A stretch of 64,000 bases of DNA, taken from assembly GCF_001194135.2 (NCBI RefSeq), contig NC_068999.1, positions 7,875,609 to 7,939,608 of the forward strand, read 5' to 3'. Of the stretch, positions 13,011 to 27,544 are shown piece by piece. Both the position numbers and the translations under genes were made by a program. The notes below the pieces were generated by a model. That model was not told where the DNA came from. It made no database searches and saw only the letters and a program-made list of their open reading frames with translations. The stretch's first letter is position 1. Each line of letters starts with the position of its first letter. The stretch comes from Octopus bimaculoides. Its lineage: Eukaryota.

Positions 13011-13510
13011 GCACAGTATGAAATTGGACGACGGATAGAACAATATAAAATATCAGCCAGAAGTTCTTAACGGCACCAAAGAGGAATATACTATAAGACA
13101 AAGAATTTGTACTGGAAATATAATACTTGTATATAAGAAATTCCTCTTTTTGTTTTTTGTTGTTTTTTTTTGCCTACTGTTAAAGAATTAACGATTTAGG
13201 ATGAAGACGAATCACACAAAGAAATAAGATGTTTTTTTTTTCTCTCTTTTTAAGAATCTTTTTAGAATGTTGAATTTAGCATAATTAAATTATGTCTTGA
13301 GTTATGGCGTGCCGAGGACTCCGAAGGAGGATGAAATGGTAGCATACACGCCTACCAACGACTAAAGTCTTTTAGAACTTTATTTTATTCTACGTAAGAA
13401 AGTAATTAAAAGTTATCAATTAAATATGCATGTTCTTCAACATACCTTGGTTTCACTCAGAAGATTCTCTATTTCTTAATTATGAGAAATCACCAGATGC
13501 AAACCAGTTG

Positions 13511-13598
<88 letters not shown>

Positions 13599-13694
13599 CT
13601 ATGTAGGGAGAATTCACAAAAAAACAAAAGACGAAGACAGGTGGTGTAGAAAACAAATAGATGTATTAGTATAACGTTCGGGAATTGAAAAGGT

Positions 13695-13730
13695 CTTTAA
13701 CGTTTCGAGCCTACGCTCTTCCACAGAAAG
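13695..13730 (-). ncRNA. Candidate minimal type I hammerhead ribozyme, A6U core variant
   Basis: CUUU-CUGUGGA-A-GAGC(GUAG)GCUC-GAAA-CG-U-U-AAAG, with palindromic helix III AACGUU. Lies within a short non-coding repeat at ~13600-13800. Confidence 0.45.
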
Positions 13731-13808
13731 GAACACACAAAGAAACAAGGAGAGAAACGAAATGTGTGTAGTGGTTAGCGATCTATCATGGCGACCTATG
13801 TATGTATA

Positions 13809-14188
13809 GAGGTGTAATGGCCCAGTGGTTAAGGCAGCGGACTCGCGGTTATAGGACCGCGATTTCGATTCCCAGACCGGTCTTGGAGAGTGTTTATTGA
13901 ACGAAAACACCTAATGCTCAACGAGGCTCGGACAGGGGATGGTGGCGAACCCTGCTGTAGTCTTTCACCACAACTTTCTCTCATTCTTTCTTCCTGTTTC
14001 TCTTGTACCTGTATTTCAAAGGGCCGGCCTTATCACATTCTTTGTCACGCCAAATCTCCCCCGAGAACTACGTTAAGGGTACACGTGTCTGTGGAATGCT
14101 CAGTCACTTGCAGGTTGATTTCACGAGCAGGCTGTGCCGTTGATCGGATCAACTGGAACCCTCGTCGTCGGAACCGACGGAGTGCCAC
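13809..14188 (+). mobile_element. Full-length tRNA-derived SINE, family C (~380 bp)
   Basis: A-box TGGCCCAGTGG and B-box-like TTTCGATTCCC; colinear with the copy at 38288-38770. Confidence 0.85.
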
Positions 14189-14235
14189 GATATATATATA
14201 TATATATATATATATNNNNNNNNNNNNNNNNNNNN

Positions 14236-14312
<77 letters not shown>

Positions 14313-15509
14313 AACTTGTATATAAAGATGTTGATATGTCCAATTCCGCATATGAGTATGAATCGTGGGTAAATTACAAATAGCTTAAGCCGGAAACATA
14401 CCGCCATGAACATCTAACATCTAAAAGCAGGAAGTATGCAACGCGGAATTGACAATAAGCCAAAGAAAGACATTATCTCTTGCAACAGAGCTCTGATTAC
14501 GCAGCATTGGCTTAAACGGGACGTCTAGTATCGCAGATTGCCAAACATGTCGTTGATTTCCAAAAACATGTTTTACTCGAAGAACAATGAAGGAATACAC
14601 CTGCGATGAGGACAAAGAAAACAGTTCGAAAACGTATGTTAAAATGTGTATAGGAAGCGGTGTCGTTGGTAGAAAAACAGATCGTCCGTAATGGAACCTA
14701 ACACTTTCAAGCACACCAACTAACATCTCAAAGATAAAGCTGGGCGTAGTATGCAATGTTAAGTAACAATGTTTCTTCACTCTTATAAGACCCATACATG
14801 ACGTCTCTTCTTTGCCACAGACCTTGTGTATCCCTTCATAGCCTACATTGTCAAATGAATGTCTACAGAATTTGAACATGGTGGACAATCATCTCAAATC
14901 CGTGGGATTGTTGAAGACATGCAGGTGTAATTTTGTACGAGGTGGGCACGTTTAGAAAGATATTAATCGATGTTTATTTATTGATAAAATGTATATACTT
15001 TATAGAATCTTCCATGAAATTCTATCTGAATATAGATTTCTTATAAATTGTTAGACACGTTAAATATTTTCTTTCGATTTTTAAACTTAGAATATTTGTT
15101 ATTAAAAATCTAAGATATTTTCAAGTGAATTTAATAAATTTATCGAATTATTTCGTTATTTAATCAATAGAAAAATATATAATGTACTTAACGAAATTCA
15201 AACCAACGAGATTTGTTCCAAAAATGAAGTTAATTTACAAGCAGTAGGGGATTGACAAAGTAAAAATAAACGAGCAAAATAAATCTACGTCTTTTAAAAC
15301 ATTATTGATTAAATCACAAGAGCATTTCCATCAAACTCAATGGATACTGTGACTACGTTTTGTATTATTTCCTTCTTGTAATTCTTTTCTTTTTCGGTTT
15401 TTGTTATTATGTTTTCGGCACATTTACTTCATACAAATATCGTATGTCTACTATTAGTATGCATTCATATCAGACAAATTCTGATTTCTTAAGAGCAGAT
15501 ACGGCTAGT

Positions 15510-16620
<1,111 letters not shown>

Positions 16621-17369
16621 GATAAAAACAAAAGATATAGATATTCAAGCTAAACATGAACCGTAACCGAATCAACTCTGCCATTCAAGGAAGGACAAGA
16701 AAATCTCTTGCCTTTGCCTATCAAATCATCTGGTTTTTTAAAAATTTTTCTTTTCTCTTTTTTTTAACTACGATATAGAATACTTTTGTATTCTGCAATG
16801 GCTTCGTCCTACCCGTAATAGTTATTTCTAACACGGTTGCTTAATTCAATGACTGATACTGTTATCATCTCAAATGCTTAATATAGTCTTTTACCCTCAT
16901 AGGTTTTTGTCCTGTATGTCTTTTACAATTAAGAAATTTCTAGTCAAACCATAATCAAATGTACCAAGTAATTACTTCAATGGAATTATCTTTTTTGCTT
17001 AGTCTAACTAATGTGACTTTTAAAATCTGTAAGAACTTTCTCTTTTTTTTTCCTTCTCTCTTTCTGCTATAAGTTTCTTATATGCGTTTGCGTACAGCAC
17101 TACGAAATGGATATGTCATTTTTCGCCTTCTATTTTTTTTCTTTGTCGTATTTGACAAAAATAATTACGGGATGCATTACGCAATCATATGACAAACTAA
17201 AATGGTTGTTTGTAATTTAGTCAATGAAGAACCATGTACATTCTGTAAATGGAAATATATTTAATGGCTTGTCTTTTTTATAACCAGAGATGTAATCTCT
17301 GTTTTGTTGTGGTTCTAGGACAATGCTGTCTGTTGTTGGTGTTAATCCAAACCAAACCTAATCCAACAG

Positions 17370-17580
17370 ATCGATAAATTAAGTACCGGTTGCGTACTGG
17401 GGTCGATCTAATCGACAGGCCCCCGCCCCAAAAATTTAGGGTCTTGTGCCTAGAATAGAAAAGAATCGTTAGAGCGTTGGATTAAATCATCGTGCTTCAT
17501 TTTCTTCTTTTTTCCTGTTTCTGTTCTGAGTTCAAATTCCGCCACAGTCAAGTTTGCCTTTCATTTTATCGGGGTCTACA
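17370..17580 (+). mobile_element. SINE family B fragments (3' part followed by a 5' part)
   Basis: GTCGATAAATTAAGTACC-type 3' module, then TTCTGAGTTCAAATTCCGCC. Confidence 0.7.
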
Positions 17581-17659
17581 AAATAATAGAATACATGTCG
17601 TATAAAGAAGCATAAAAAAATATGTGACGTCCCCTGGAAATGACCGTTTCGTGTGGAGT

Positions 17660-17900
17660 CCTAAGTTTTATAAGGCTGGTTACCCGATTTCCACGGCGTA
17701 TAAGCGGCCCAGATAACAACTTACCCCTTGGACTGCACAGATATATCTCCGTTGCAGATATATTCCTTTCCAGCTGAGGGACAGGAACAATGTGAAATGA
17801 AGTTTCTTTTGCCCAAGTGTACAACACACCGCTGGATCCGGAAATCGAAACATCGATATTGCGATCGTTGGTGCAACACCCCAAACACTTAGCCACGCGC
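17660..17900 (-). mobile_element. SINE family D
   Basis: CCAGCTGAG...GTGAAATGAAGTTTCTTTTGCCCAAG...GGAAATCGAAAC. Confidence 0.72.
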
Positions 17901-18691
17901 ATACATAATTGTACATTATAGAATGTGATCCGTAAAAGACTAAGAATTAATAGACGTTCATGAGAGATTTTACCAAACAATTACACATCGAATAGTGATG
18001 CAAATTTCTAGTCAAGGCAATTGATATCGATCTTGCGTTCTTATTCTAGTCATGGGAAAAGCATCTAACTTCCAATTGAATCACTCTCGTCTTGATTTCT
18101 TGTCTCTTTATCTATAAAAGGTAGCGTCGTAAATAAAAAAGAAATTACTTGAAAATAGTTCATCTAAATTATTAACAATTGACCAGGAAGGCAATTTAAA
18201 TCTTTACGATTGAGTAGTCTTTTTAACAATCCTTTAACCATTGACTTCCAGAAATGTTTAGCTAACAGTAAAAATTTAATTCACAAATAAACATACTCGT
18301 TGATTTGCGAAACATGCATATCGCTCGGGCCATCATAACGGATCTATTATCAACGCCTTGGTGATTTTCTCGGATTACTGTTTCTCGAATAAATATCGAC
18401 TGACGGCTAAGTACGTACCTACGCAGAAGCCATAGTGTTTCGAATTATACAATCTTTATTACTTTACCTATTTTGTCTCACGCAAATAATAGAAATCTGA
18501 ATTGAAAAGAGAGAAAAATCTTAACGTTCTTTTACATCGGTTGTTTTGTAAATGAGAGTTAAATCTACTGAATCGGTTTGGGTATATCTCTGGTTATTAT
18601 GCTACAAAGCCTCAAAGGTTAGTAATGGAAGCTGAGTTTGAACTCAAAATGGAGATATTCTCCCATTTCTGCAAACATCTGTTTATATTAG

Positions 18692-19050
18692 CCGAACTGG
18701 TGTCCTCAGTTTTGATCGCTGATTTCAGTATGTTTCTGCTGGTGTACTTTCCGGCCTTCTTCGGGTGTTTTGTGTTGAACTCGGTTGTTGCATCGTAATT
18801 TCAAACCTAACTTTATTTGATCAAAATTTTCTCATTTCACCCTCTGAAGCAAAAAATATCACGAAACGCTGAGAGCAAAATAAGAACAATGGATCAAATA
18901 AAAATTTAAGTATGACACAAAACACCTGAAGAAGGCGGGAACGTACAACAGCCGAAATGCAGTGATATCAACAATCAAAATGAGGACAACTGTCCGACCA
19001 ATATAAGCAACATATACTATATAAATTCCTCATCTCACAAATATAGAATT
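18692..19050. repeat. Penelope-terminus-like element with inverted ~80-bp arms, each holding a degenerate hammerhead motif
   Basis: Right arm ACACAAAACAC-CTGAAGA-AGGCGG...CAGCC-GAAA (18915-18996); left arm reverse complement ACACAAAACAC-CCGAAGA-AGGCCGG...CAGCA-GAAAC (18692-18775). A related tail lies at 2410-2500. Confidence 0.7.
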
Positions 19051-19794
19051 GTAATAAAATGACTGTGATACGTATTTTTTTTCTCTCTCCTTACTTTTTC
19101 TATCCTTAGTGTAATGGCTGGCATTAATCTAAACTTGGAAGTTGTGTAATTACCCCATTAGAGCCCACCTAATTTACACACCTTCTCTTTCACTCATTAC
19201 TCTCACTCTTCCCCACTCACCAACCACGAAATAAATAATTTCTTCAATCATTATCTCTGCAGCCTAGATCTCTGGATTTTTGTTTCTACTCATATTTGCC
19301 TTCACAGATCACCAAATTGTTAGTTAAAATTGCATTAACCTTAGTAACTTGGGAGGGTCTTTGTCGGTAAAGCCACTTCCACGCCTCCAGGTTATTAAAC
19401 GTCTCTCAACAGCTGACAAGTAATTTCAAAAATTTTAAATAGCGGTCATATCAATGAATTTCGCCACTAGTTAATCTGAAATAGGACTGTAATTTCCTGC
19501 GGTACCATTAATTATTAATATTAATTTCATCTACAAGTATTCGAGTGTAAATATTGGAGACATCGGTGACGATCTAACTATACATGTGCAGTATGCAATA
19601 AGGATTATAATATTATTGACTATTGAGCTTAACTTTAATATGTGTTATTACTATCGATTATGCTTCTCAACAGTAAGGATAAATTGAGTCAATTATATGA
19701 CGTTTGAAAATAAGAGGCATCACTCAACAAATATCCAGCCCTATTGAATTTGTATAAAAGGTTGAACAGCTTATAGTATTTGATTCAGAATATT

Positions 19795-20010
19795 TGTCTC
19801 TTTATTGCCCACAGGGGGCTAAACAAAACAGAGACGACAAACAAATAGATTAAGTCGATTACATTGAACCCAGTGCGTCACTGGTATTTATTTAATCGAC
19901 CCCGAAAGGCAAAATCGACCTCGGCGGAATTTGAACTCAGAACGTAACGGCGGACGAAATACCGTTGAGCATTTCTCCCGGCGTGCTTACGATTCTGCCA
20001 GCTCGCCGCC
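19795..20010 (-). mobile_element. SINE family B, full length
   Basis: Reverse complement of the 59542 copy. Confidence 0.85.
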
Positions 20011-20089
20011 ATATTGATTCAGGATATTTAAAACTCAAAGTAAACTGAAGAAAGCATTATGTCTGACTCTTTAGTCCTTTTGTGTGTGT

Positions 20090-20135
<46 letters not shown>

Positions 20136-20249
20136 TTGTCTGTAAGTGTTTGTCCTCCCCCCCGCAGCATCGCTTGATAACCGATGTTGGTGTGTTTACA
20201 TCCCCGTAACTTAGCGGTTCGCCAAAAGAGACCGAAAGAATAAGTTTAT

Positions 20250-20375
20250 CTCAATATGAGACCACCATGTCGTGCACATATGGTTGTAATGCATGTGCCT
20301 GGTGTTCCTTTATGAGATAAAATAATATGCCCAGGGTCATTTTGATGGCATGCGCTGCTTTCTCACTCAATAATA
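20250..20375 (+). repeat. 3' fragment of the (AAT)n-tailed family
   Basis: ATGTCGTGCACATATGGTTG...GATGGCATGCGCTGCTTTCTCACTCAATAATAAT. Confidence 0.8.
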
Positions 20376-21685
20376 ATAATAATAATGATAATATAATAAC
20401 AATGATAATATCACGCACACACGCTCGCGCGCACAAAGGCACACAAACACACACACACACATATGTATGTATATGATAAATAACTATGGATGTGTTTATG
20501 TTTACGCCAATTTATGTTGCAGTTCAACAAATAAAGACCAATAAAATAATTAGGTAACTGAAATAAACGGCGGAATCGAAACGATCAATAAAAGGAAGAC
20601 TTAAAACCACGTGATCCATCATGGACGAAGCGTCCAATAACTGAAAGTAATATAGGAATCTTAAAATTAAAATACTACGTGAATTCGAAATAATTACTTG
20701 TCTTAAACACCGACAAGCTGTATATTGCAAGCGATAATTATTGAAAATCGATTCCTAATACAATCACACTGATCTCAAATTTGTGAGACGCAATCTATCA
20801 GACAAGTAAGACTAATACCAAATGTGATTCGTCCATCTATCTTGATTAGGAAGAACACTATATTTATGACATGATAGCTGCTTTTGAGAAATTGCTGAAA
20901 GTGCCATTTTCTCTTTCGTTGTACATACAATTCCAGTGATTCAACGCAATGCAACTGGAATTGTGGTATACATGGAAAGTATTGTTGAAAGAAATGCGAT
21001 AATGAATAGGAAGATATATAGAGAGAAAGGTTAATAATAAAGCAAACTAACTCTAATATACTTGATTGACACCATTGTTTTGTTGTTGGTGTTGCTTTTT
21101 ATCATAATATGCGTTGCCAGTACAAAGTGTAACTTTCTTGCGTTTGTAAATAAAACTTAGCGAAGCGAGTAATAGGTAGGTTTGTGTGATAAAAGGGATC
21201 CGTTATCCGAATTGACATGGTGTCGTCGCTGTTTCTTGATTGGCAAGTTATAAAAGTAGCGCGACCAAATAGCAGACAAGAGAAGATTGTGAAGTAATTT
21301 ATGGACGTGTACGAACGCGCATTGCGTACGAAGAGGAACATGCAAGGATGAAAGCATAGAAACTGACAAAAAGACGGATCGATCGATAGATGGACAGATA
21401 CGTATAGAGATATGCAGGAATGTGTGTATGTACGTAACAAATGTGTTTGTGAGTGTGTAAGTGNNNNNNNNNNNNNNNNNNNNNNNNNNNNNNNNNNNNN
21501 NNNNNNNNNNNNNNNNNNNNNNNNNNNNNNNNNNNNNNNNNNNNNNNNNNNNNNNNNNNNNNNNNNNNNNNNNNNNNNNNNNNNNNNNNNNNNNNNNNNN
21601 NNNNNNNNNNNNNNNNNNNNNNNNNNNNNNNNNNNNNNNNNNNNNNNNNNNNNNNNNNNNNNNNNNNNNNNNNNNNNNNNNNNNN

Positions 21686-21840
21686 CCCCCCCCCCCCAAC
21701 ATCGCTTGACAACCGACGCAAAAGACACCGATAGAATAAGTACTAGGCTTACAAAGTATAAGTCATGGGGTCGATTTGCTCGACTAAAAGCGGTACTCCA
21801 GCATGGCTACAGTCAAATGACTCAAAGAAGTAAAAGAGTA
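21686..21840 (+). mobile_element. SINE family A 3' half
   Basis: CCAACATCGCTTGACAACCG...ACCGATAGAATAAGTACTAGGCTTACAAAG...CTCCAGCATGGC. Confidence 0.85.
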
Positions 21841-22309
21841 AACGAGTATATATATTATAAGTGGCTAGACGCAATTCAAAAAGCAAATAATTCACCGTCA
21901 CTAAAAAGTGACGAAGGGGGAGGAAGCTCCAGCATTGCTCGAAATAAGACCCAAAGATTCTTTTGTCACAATAGCACATGTTCTATTTATCGACAAGGCT
22001 AATAATCTCCTCACTGCAAGCGAGGAAATTGCATTGGCATGTCAATTTCGCATGGAAATTAATACTCATCAATTGCTTACTCCAATATAATATATATATA
22101 TATCGTTTCTCTTTGTTTTTTTCGTTGTTCGAAAAAAGGTTGTTTTCTGTCTTCGTCTTTATGTTTTCGTTTCTCATTGTGTTTAACGTTTTCTGTGATG
22201 TCCTGTACCCATATTAGCATGTATGTATACATATAGATGTAGGTATGTACATATATGTATGGATATATATATATAATATATATATGAAATAATTTTTCTA
22301 TCTTTATAT

Positions 22310-22372
<63 letters not shown>

Positions 22373-22396
22373 GTGATAAAGAGATAGATAGACATG

Positions 22397-22450
<54 letters not shown>

Positions 22451-22556
22451 TATAGATAGATAGATAGATAGATGATAGGCGTCTATTTATGTATGTATGT
22501 ATTAACAGCCGCTTCGTTGCCTTAAACGGTGGATGTAACTTTGGAAGTGATCTCAC

Positions 22557-22618
22557 TGCATTTTCCAGCTGACCTAGTGACAACATCAATGTGGTCACTG
22601 GGTCAGCTAGAAAATGCA
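22557..22618. repeat. 62-bp hairpin (30-bp arms, 3 mismatches, 2-nt loop)
   Basis: TGCATTTTCCAGCTGACCTAGTGACAACAT-CA-ATGTGGTCACTGGGTCAGCTAGAAAATGCA. Confidence 0.9.
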
Positions 22619-23149
22619 TCTAAAAGACATTGTTCTTGCAGTATGTCCATTAACAAGATTGCCACTGCGAATGTGGCAGAGTTACTTGTGATTATCTTGC
22701 TTTATCGTCATATCCAATGTATCGATTCTTATTAGTCTTATCTTCTTGTTCTTCCAAATATGTTCCTTGTCATCTCGATGTTTTTCATCTTTCATATATC
22801 GATTGTTCATCAGAGATATCAGTTCCTGATATATCGATCAAAGGAGTGATTGATTCTCATGTATTCTCGCTGGTAACTTCAATTTACAAGTCAGCGTTAG
22901 GGGTTTCTATCTGATTAATTCTTCTCCTAAAAATACCAGCCAAATCTTTCCGAGTAACTACGCTCTACGAATTTAAAATTCGTGCACATTAGATAATGTA
23001 GTCCATGGTAAACTTTTGCTGGGAACCGAAAGATGTGTCGGTCATGATGTGAATGGTTTTGAAAATATGACTACGATAATATCCAAATGGTAGAGGCCTT
23101 CTTCTTGTTTTACTGTGTGTTGTTATTTGCAGTAGAATAGTTTGGCATC

Positions 23150-23625
23150 TAAACCTGCTTTTTCCAGAAACTGCATCCTCAACATTATATAAGGCCAGAT
23201 GTCGTGTTTGTTTCAGAGACACCCAAGTATGTGATTTAGTTAGAACTCTCCATTGCTTGAGAGAACAACATTTAGGATGGAAATGGATGAGAAGGTAATA
23301 TCCTGTTCTGTTGGGGCTATGCCAAGGCAGTAGGTGGGAAGCAAAATGTCATCCCATCGAAGTGAAATGTAGAGCATTTTTAGGCCAGCCTCTCTGCCGA
23401 GCCTGCAGTATGCTAGTAAGCAGAAGTCCATCAAGTAGGTAAGAGGTATTGTCTCAAGCGTGATATGGAACAGGTGGCATGACCCTTGGAAGGAGCAATA
23501 CTGGAATCAAGCTGGGGTTTAATCAATCTTGACTGGTTCGCTTTGAGCGAGGGTGCCGTGTTGTTAAAAACATTCGAAACAACCAATAACCCCAGACGAC
23601 ATCACTAATAATGTATCTCGGTGCA
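23150..23625 (+). mobile_element. Older HERO-like RLE retrotransposon 3' fragment
   Basis: IRPDVVFVSETPKYVI*LEL (PD motif) and WEAKCHPIEVKCRAFLGQPLCRA, followed by a HERO-like 3' UTR (GCTGGGG...GAGGGTG...CGAAAC...CATCACTAATAATGT). Confidence 0.7.
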
Positions 23626-24118
23626 CCACAGGATGATACATTGAAAAACGTAACGCTATTCAGACATTGACGGCTTTCATATTCGATATATGGTAAATCG
23701 ATTTCAGAAAATTACAGTGAAAAAATTATCTTGGCATATTTTTTTTACAGAAGTTTTGGGGTGTTTTTTTAACATATTTCAAATTTGTCTTCTCTCATTA
23801 TATTCGGAACATTATTTTCTATTGCTGACAAAAATCTCGCACGCCAGTTTTTATATTTTGTGTTATTCCATTTCAAATTCTTTTAGCGTCTATGAAGTAA
23901 AAGAACACACCAATCACCTAACATTATTATCTATTCCAGTCTACTTTTACTCCTCTTGAATTATTTCCCAGGATTTACTGCAGTTAACTAAGACATCTTT
24001 TTTCTATATACACTGTTTATTTTTAGTGAATTAGTGTCTTGTATGAAAATGTCTGCATAACACGGATTTCGAGTGTTGATTTTATTTGAGTATGTGTGTT
24101 TGTGTGTGTGTGTGTGTT

Positions 24119-24164
<46 letters not shown>

Positions 24165-27100
24165 TACGTGTGCGTGCGTATTTCTGTATATGTGTGTGCG
24201 TGTATGTATGTGTGCGTGGGTGAAGTTGTGNNNNNNNNNNNNNNNNNNNNNNNNNNNNNNNNNNNNNNNNNNNNNNNNNNNNNNNNNNNNNNNNNNNNNN
24301 NNNNNNNNNNNNNNNNNNNNNNNNNNNNNNNNNNNNNNNNNNNNNNNNNNNNNNNNNNNNNNNNNNNNNNNNNNNNNNNNNNNNNNNNNNNNNNNNNNNN
24401 NNNNNNNNNNNNNNNNNNNNNNNNNNNNNNNNNNNNNNNNNNNNNNNNNNNNNNNNNNNNNNNNNNNNNNNNNNNNNNNNNNNNNNNNNNNNNNNNNNNN
24501 NNNNNNNNNNNNNNNNNNNNNNNNNNNNNNNNNNNNNNNNNNNNNNNNNNNNNNNNNNNNNNNNNNNNNNNNNNNNNNNNNNNNNNNNNNNNNNNNNNNN
24601 NNNNNNNNNNNNNNNNNNNNNNNNNNNNNNNNNNNNNNNNNNNNNNNNNNNNNNNNNNNNNNNNNNNNNNNNNNNNNNNNNNNNNNNNNNNNNNNNNNNN
24701 NNNNNNNNNNNNNNNNNNNNNNNNNNNNNNNNNNNNNNNNNNNNNNNNNNNNNNNNNNNNNNNNNNNNNNNNNNNNNNNNNNNNNNNNNNNNNNNNNNNN
24801 NNNNNNNNNNNNNNNNNNNNNNNNNNNNNNNNNNNNNNNNNNNNNNNNNNNNNNNNNNNNNNNNNNNNNNNNNATATATATATATATATATATATATACG
24901 TGTGTGTGTGTCTGTGTGTGTGTGCGTATGTAAATGTGTCTTTAAATAATTAACCCTAGATGGGAAACGGGAATTATAAGAGAAGGCGGCCAAGTACATT
25001 AAACGTATTAAAACCACTGAGCTGCTTGTGTCACTAGAGCGTCGAACAAAATACTTGGCGGCATTTTTCCCGATTCTTTGCATTCTGAGGTGAAATTTCA
25101 CCGAGGTTAACATAGGCATTAATCCCTAGAATTTAGATGAATGTGATCGACAATCTTCCTCCTCCTTCAAATTGCTGGAATTGCTAGCTTTGCACATAAA
25201 TTTGAAACATTATTTGTATTTAAAGCAACGGACAGCAGCATCTGTAGAGCACCAAAAAAATATATATATATTTTGACTTATTGCATTCTATACTCAAATT
25301 CGGCCGGGATCAAATTTGACTTACATTCTGGGATTCACTAGAGTAAAATAGTTGTCCAGTACTGGGATCGGACAAGCCAACTATCTTGCTACTCCATATT
25401 GCTGGCCCTGTGACAACTTTGAAACCATTTATATTGTCTGAATTTAAAGCAATATAGTTAACTGTTCACCTTTCATTTTCTACCTTCCATATATCAGCAA
25501 GACGCAGTTCACCAAATTAATTTCATCAATTGTATTTAGCATTTCTCTTCGTTTCAATCAATGAAATACCCGGTCAAAATCGAAGTTTTCCCTTTGATTA
25601 GAAGTCAAGAAATACAGAAAAATCAGTAAGGAAATACGCAATGTTATATTATCAAGGATATCATAATTAAGTTCCTGAAACAGCGGACACCAAAATCTAT
25701 ATTTGATCTGACTCCCACCTATTTTTTTTTACCAAGTATATCTCATTTTCTTTTATGCTCTATTACATTATCGTTTTTACCAAATATTTTCCTACCCCCT
25801 TTTCTTTATAAATTTTTTCATACGCCATTTTTCTATTCCGTTATATTTTTTATTCTAAGTTATGTTTGTTTCTGTATGTCTACCAGTTTCTGTATTCATG
25901 TATCTACCCAAATATCTGTTTATCTATCGATTTATCTATCGCACTGCGTAAATATATAGGTACGTGTTGGTGTGTTTTCTATTTCATATATACATATGTA
26001 CCCATCTAAATAATTCATTAATCTATATATCAATCTATCGATTTACCTATTTGATTCTTTATTCCTTTCTCTTTCCCTCTTTTCTATATATTTATCTCTT
26101 AATATATTCATTTATCTTTCTAAGTTCATCTCTCCCTCCCTCTCTCTTTTTTTCTGTATTGTCTCTGTATGCATACATACATGTGTGTGTGTATTATCTC
26201 TCACTTTCCTTCTGTTCTGTTGATCCATTTATCTTCTATTTCGTTTATTTATTTATTTTTTTGAGCCTTTCCATTCTTTACTTTCGTGATTTTCTTTCTA
26301 AAATACACGTGTATTCAACAGTTCAATATCATCGATATATTATAATGATTTCGATTAAAAGGGTACAGAGAACAGCATAAATGGGTATATGTTAGATTCA
26401 CACTACTTTCACTTTCATTTTCTGCGTAGAAGAATCCAATTCTCTTTAACAGGAAAATAAGATCCTATTAAGGATTGTATTTTCCGTTGACTTGATAACG
26501 TTCCCTTATCTTTAACCTTCATCACGATCGATACAAGTACACAGAATTTCAACCGAGCATGAGGCAGGTTCCTCGAAATCCTTTATTACTTTTCGATAAG
26601 AGATAACAGCCTCATTGGGTCCGAAGAGTTCAAGGAAATAAATCTCCACCCATCCCCGAAAAAAAAAGAGAAACAAAGAAATCCGTAAATCGAACCAAAA
26701 AAGAAACCTGGTGAATATTTGCATTCGTCTTAAGTGAAATTACAAGAATTACAAGAATCAAAATCAATATATTGATTTAGAATCAATATTAGTAACTCTA
26801 TCGTCCGTCTTTACCTTCCGAGTTCAGATTCTCCCGAGGTTTAGTAAGTCTTTCATCCTTTCAAGGTCGATAAAATGTGACCAATGAAATAGTGGAATCG
26901 ATATTTTAGCACATGAATCTCTTTGAGAAGTTTATTTAAGATAAAATATCACAGCAAATGCCGTACTGGATTCGTATATTATATAATGTTATACACACCA
27001 ATGCTTAAAAATAAGGGAGTTTTAGATAGAATGAATTTGAAAAGAAGTTGTGGTAGTCATTTCAAGAAAACCATTAAAAATGCCTATTATCAAACAGGGA

Positions 27101-27544
27101 TAAACAACAAGAGGTCTTCTAAATGTTTTTTTTAATCGCAAAAAATAGTAGTTAAATACCACTCGCGCCACACGACTTACCCGACATCTTAAAAAAGAAG
27201 AGGATTTGTTGAATAATATTGCTGTAGATACATCGAAAATGATGATGTGGTCACGGCTAGAATGCGTTTGATCATGGATTTACTCGATCAGATTGACCTG
27301 CAGCAGCAAGAGAATATATCGATTTCTGTACGACTAGACAAAAATGAGACAATAAGAAACGGTCATCTATTATTTTAGTTTTGTTATTTAGAAAGGAAAT
27401 TAATGACATAATTGAAAGGAAATGCTTTTAATCAGAAATCAGAAATAGGTTAACAGAATTCAATTTGCCAGAATTTAAATTGTTGGAATAATGTGTTTTG
27501 TCAAAACAAAACAAAACAAAACAAAACAAAAAAAGAAAAACAGC

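Noticed and set aside
13809-13880. tRNA genes at SINE heads (also 12525, 38700, 59542)
   Set aside because: A/B boxes are present but there is no complete cloverleaf, and each continues into a SINE body.
21130-21300. ATTGG plus TATAAAAG promoter-like cluster
   Set aside because: The spacing is too short for a CCAAT/TATA pair and there is no associated gene or transcript evidence.
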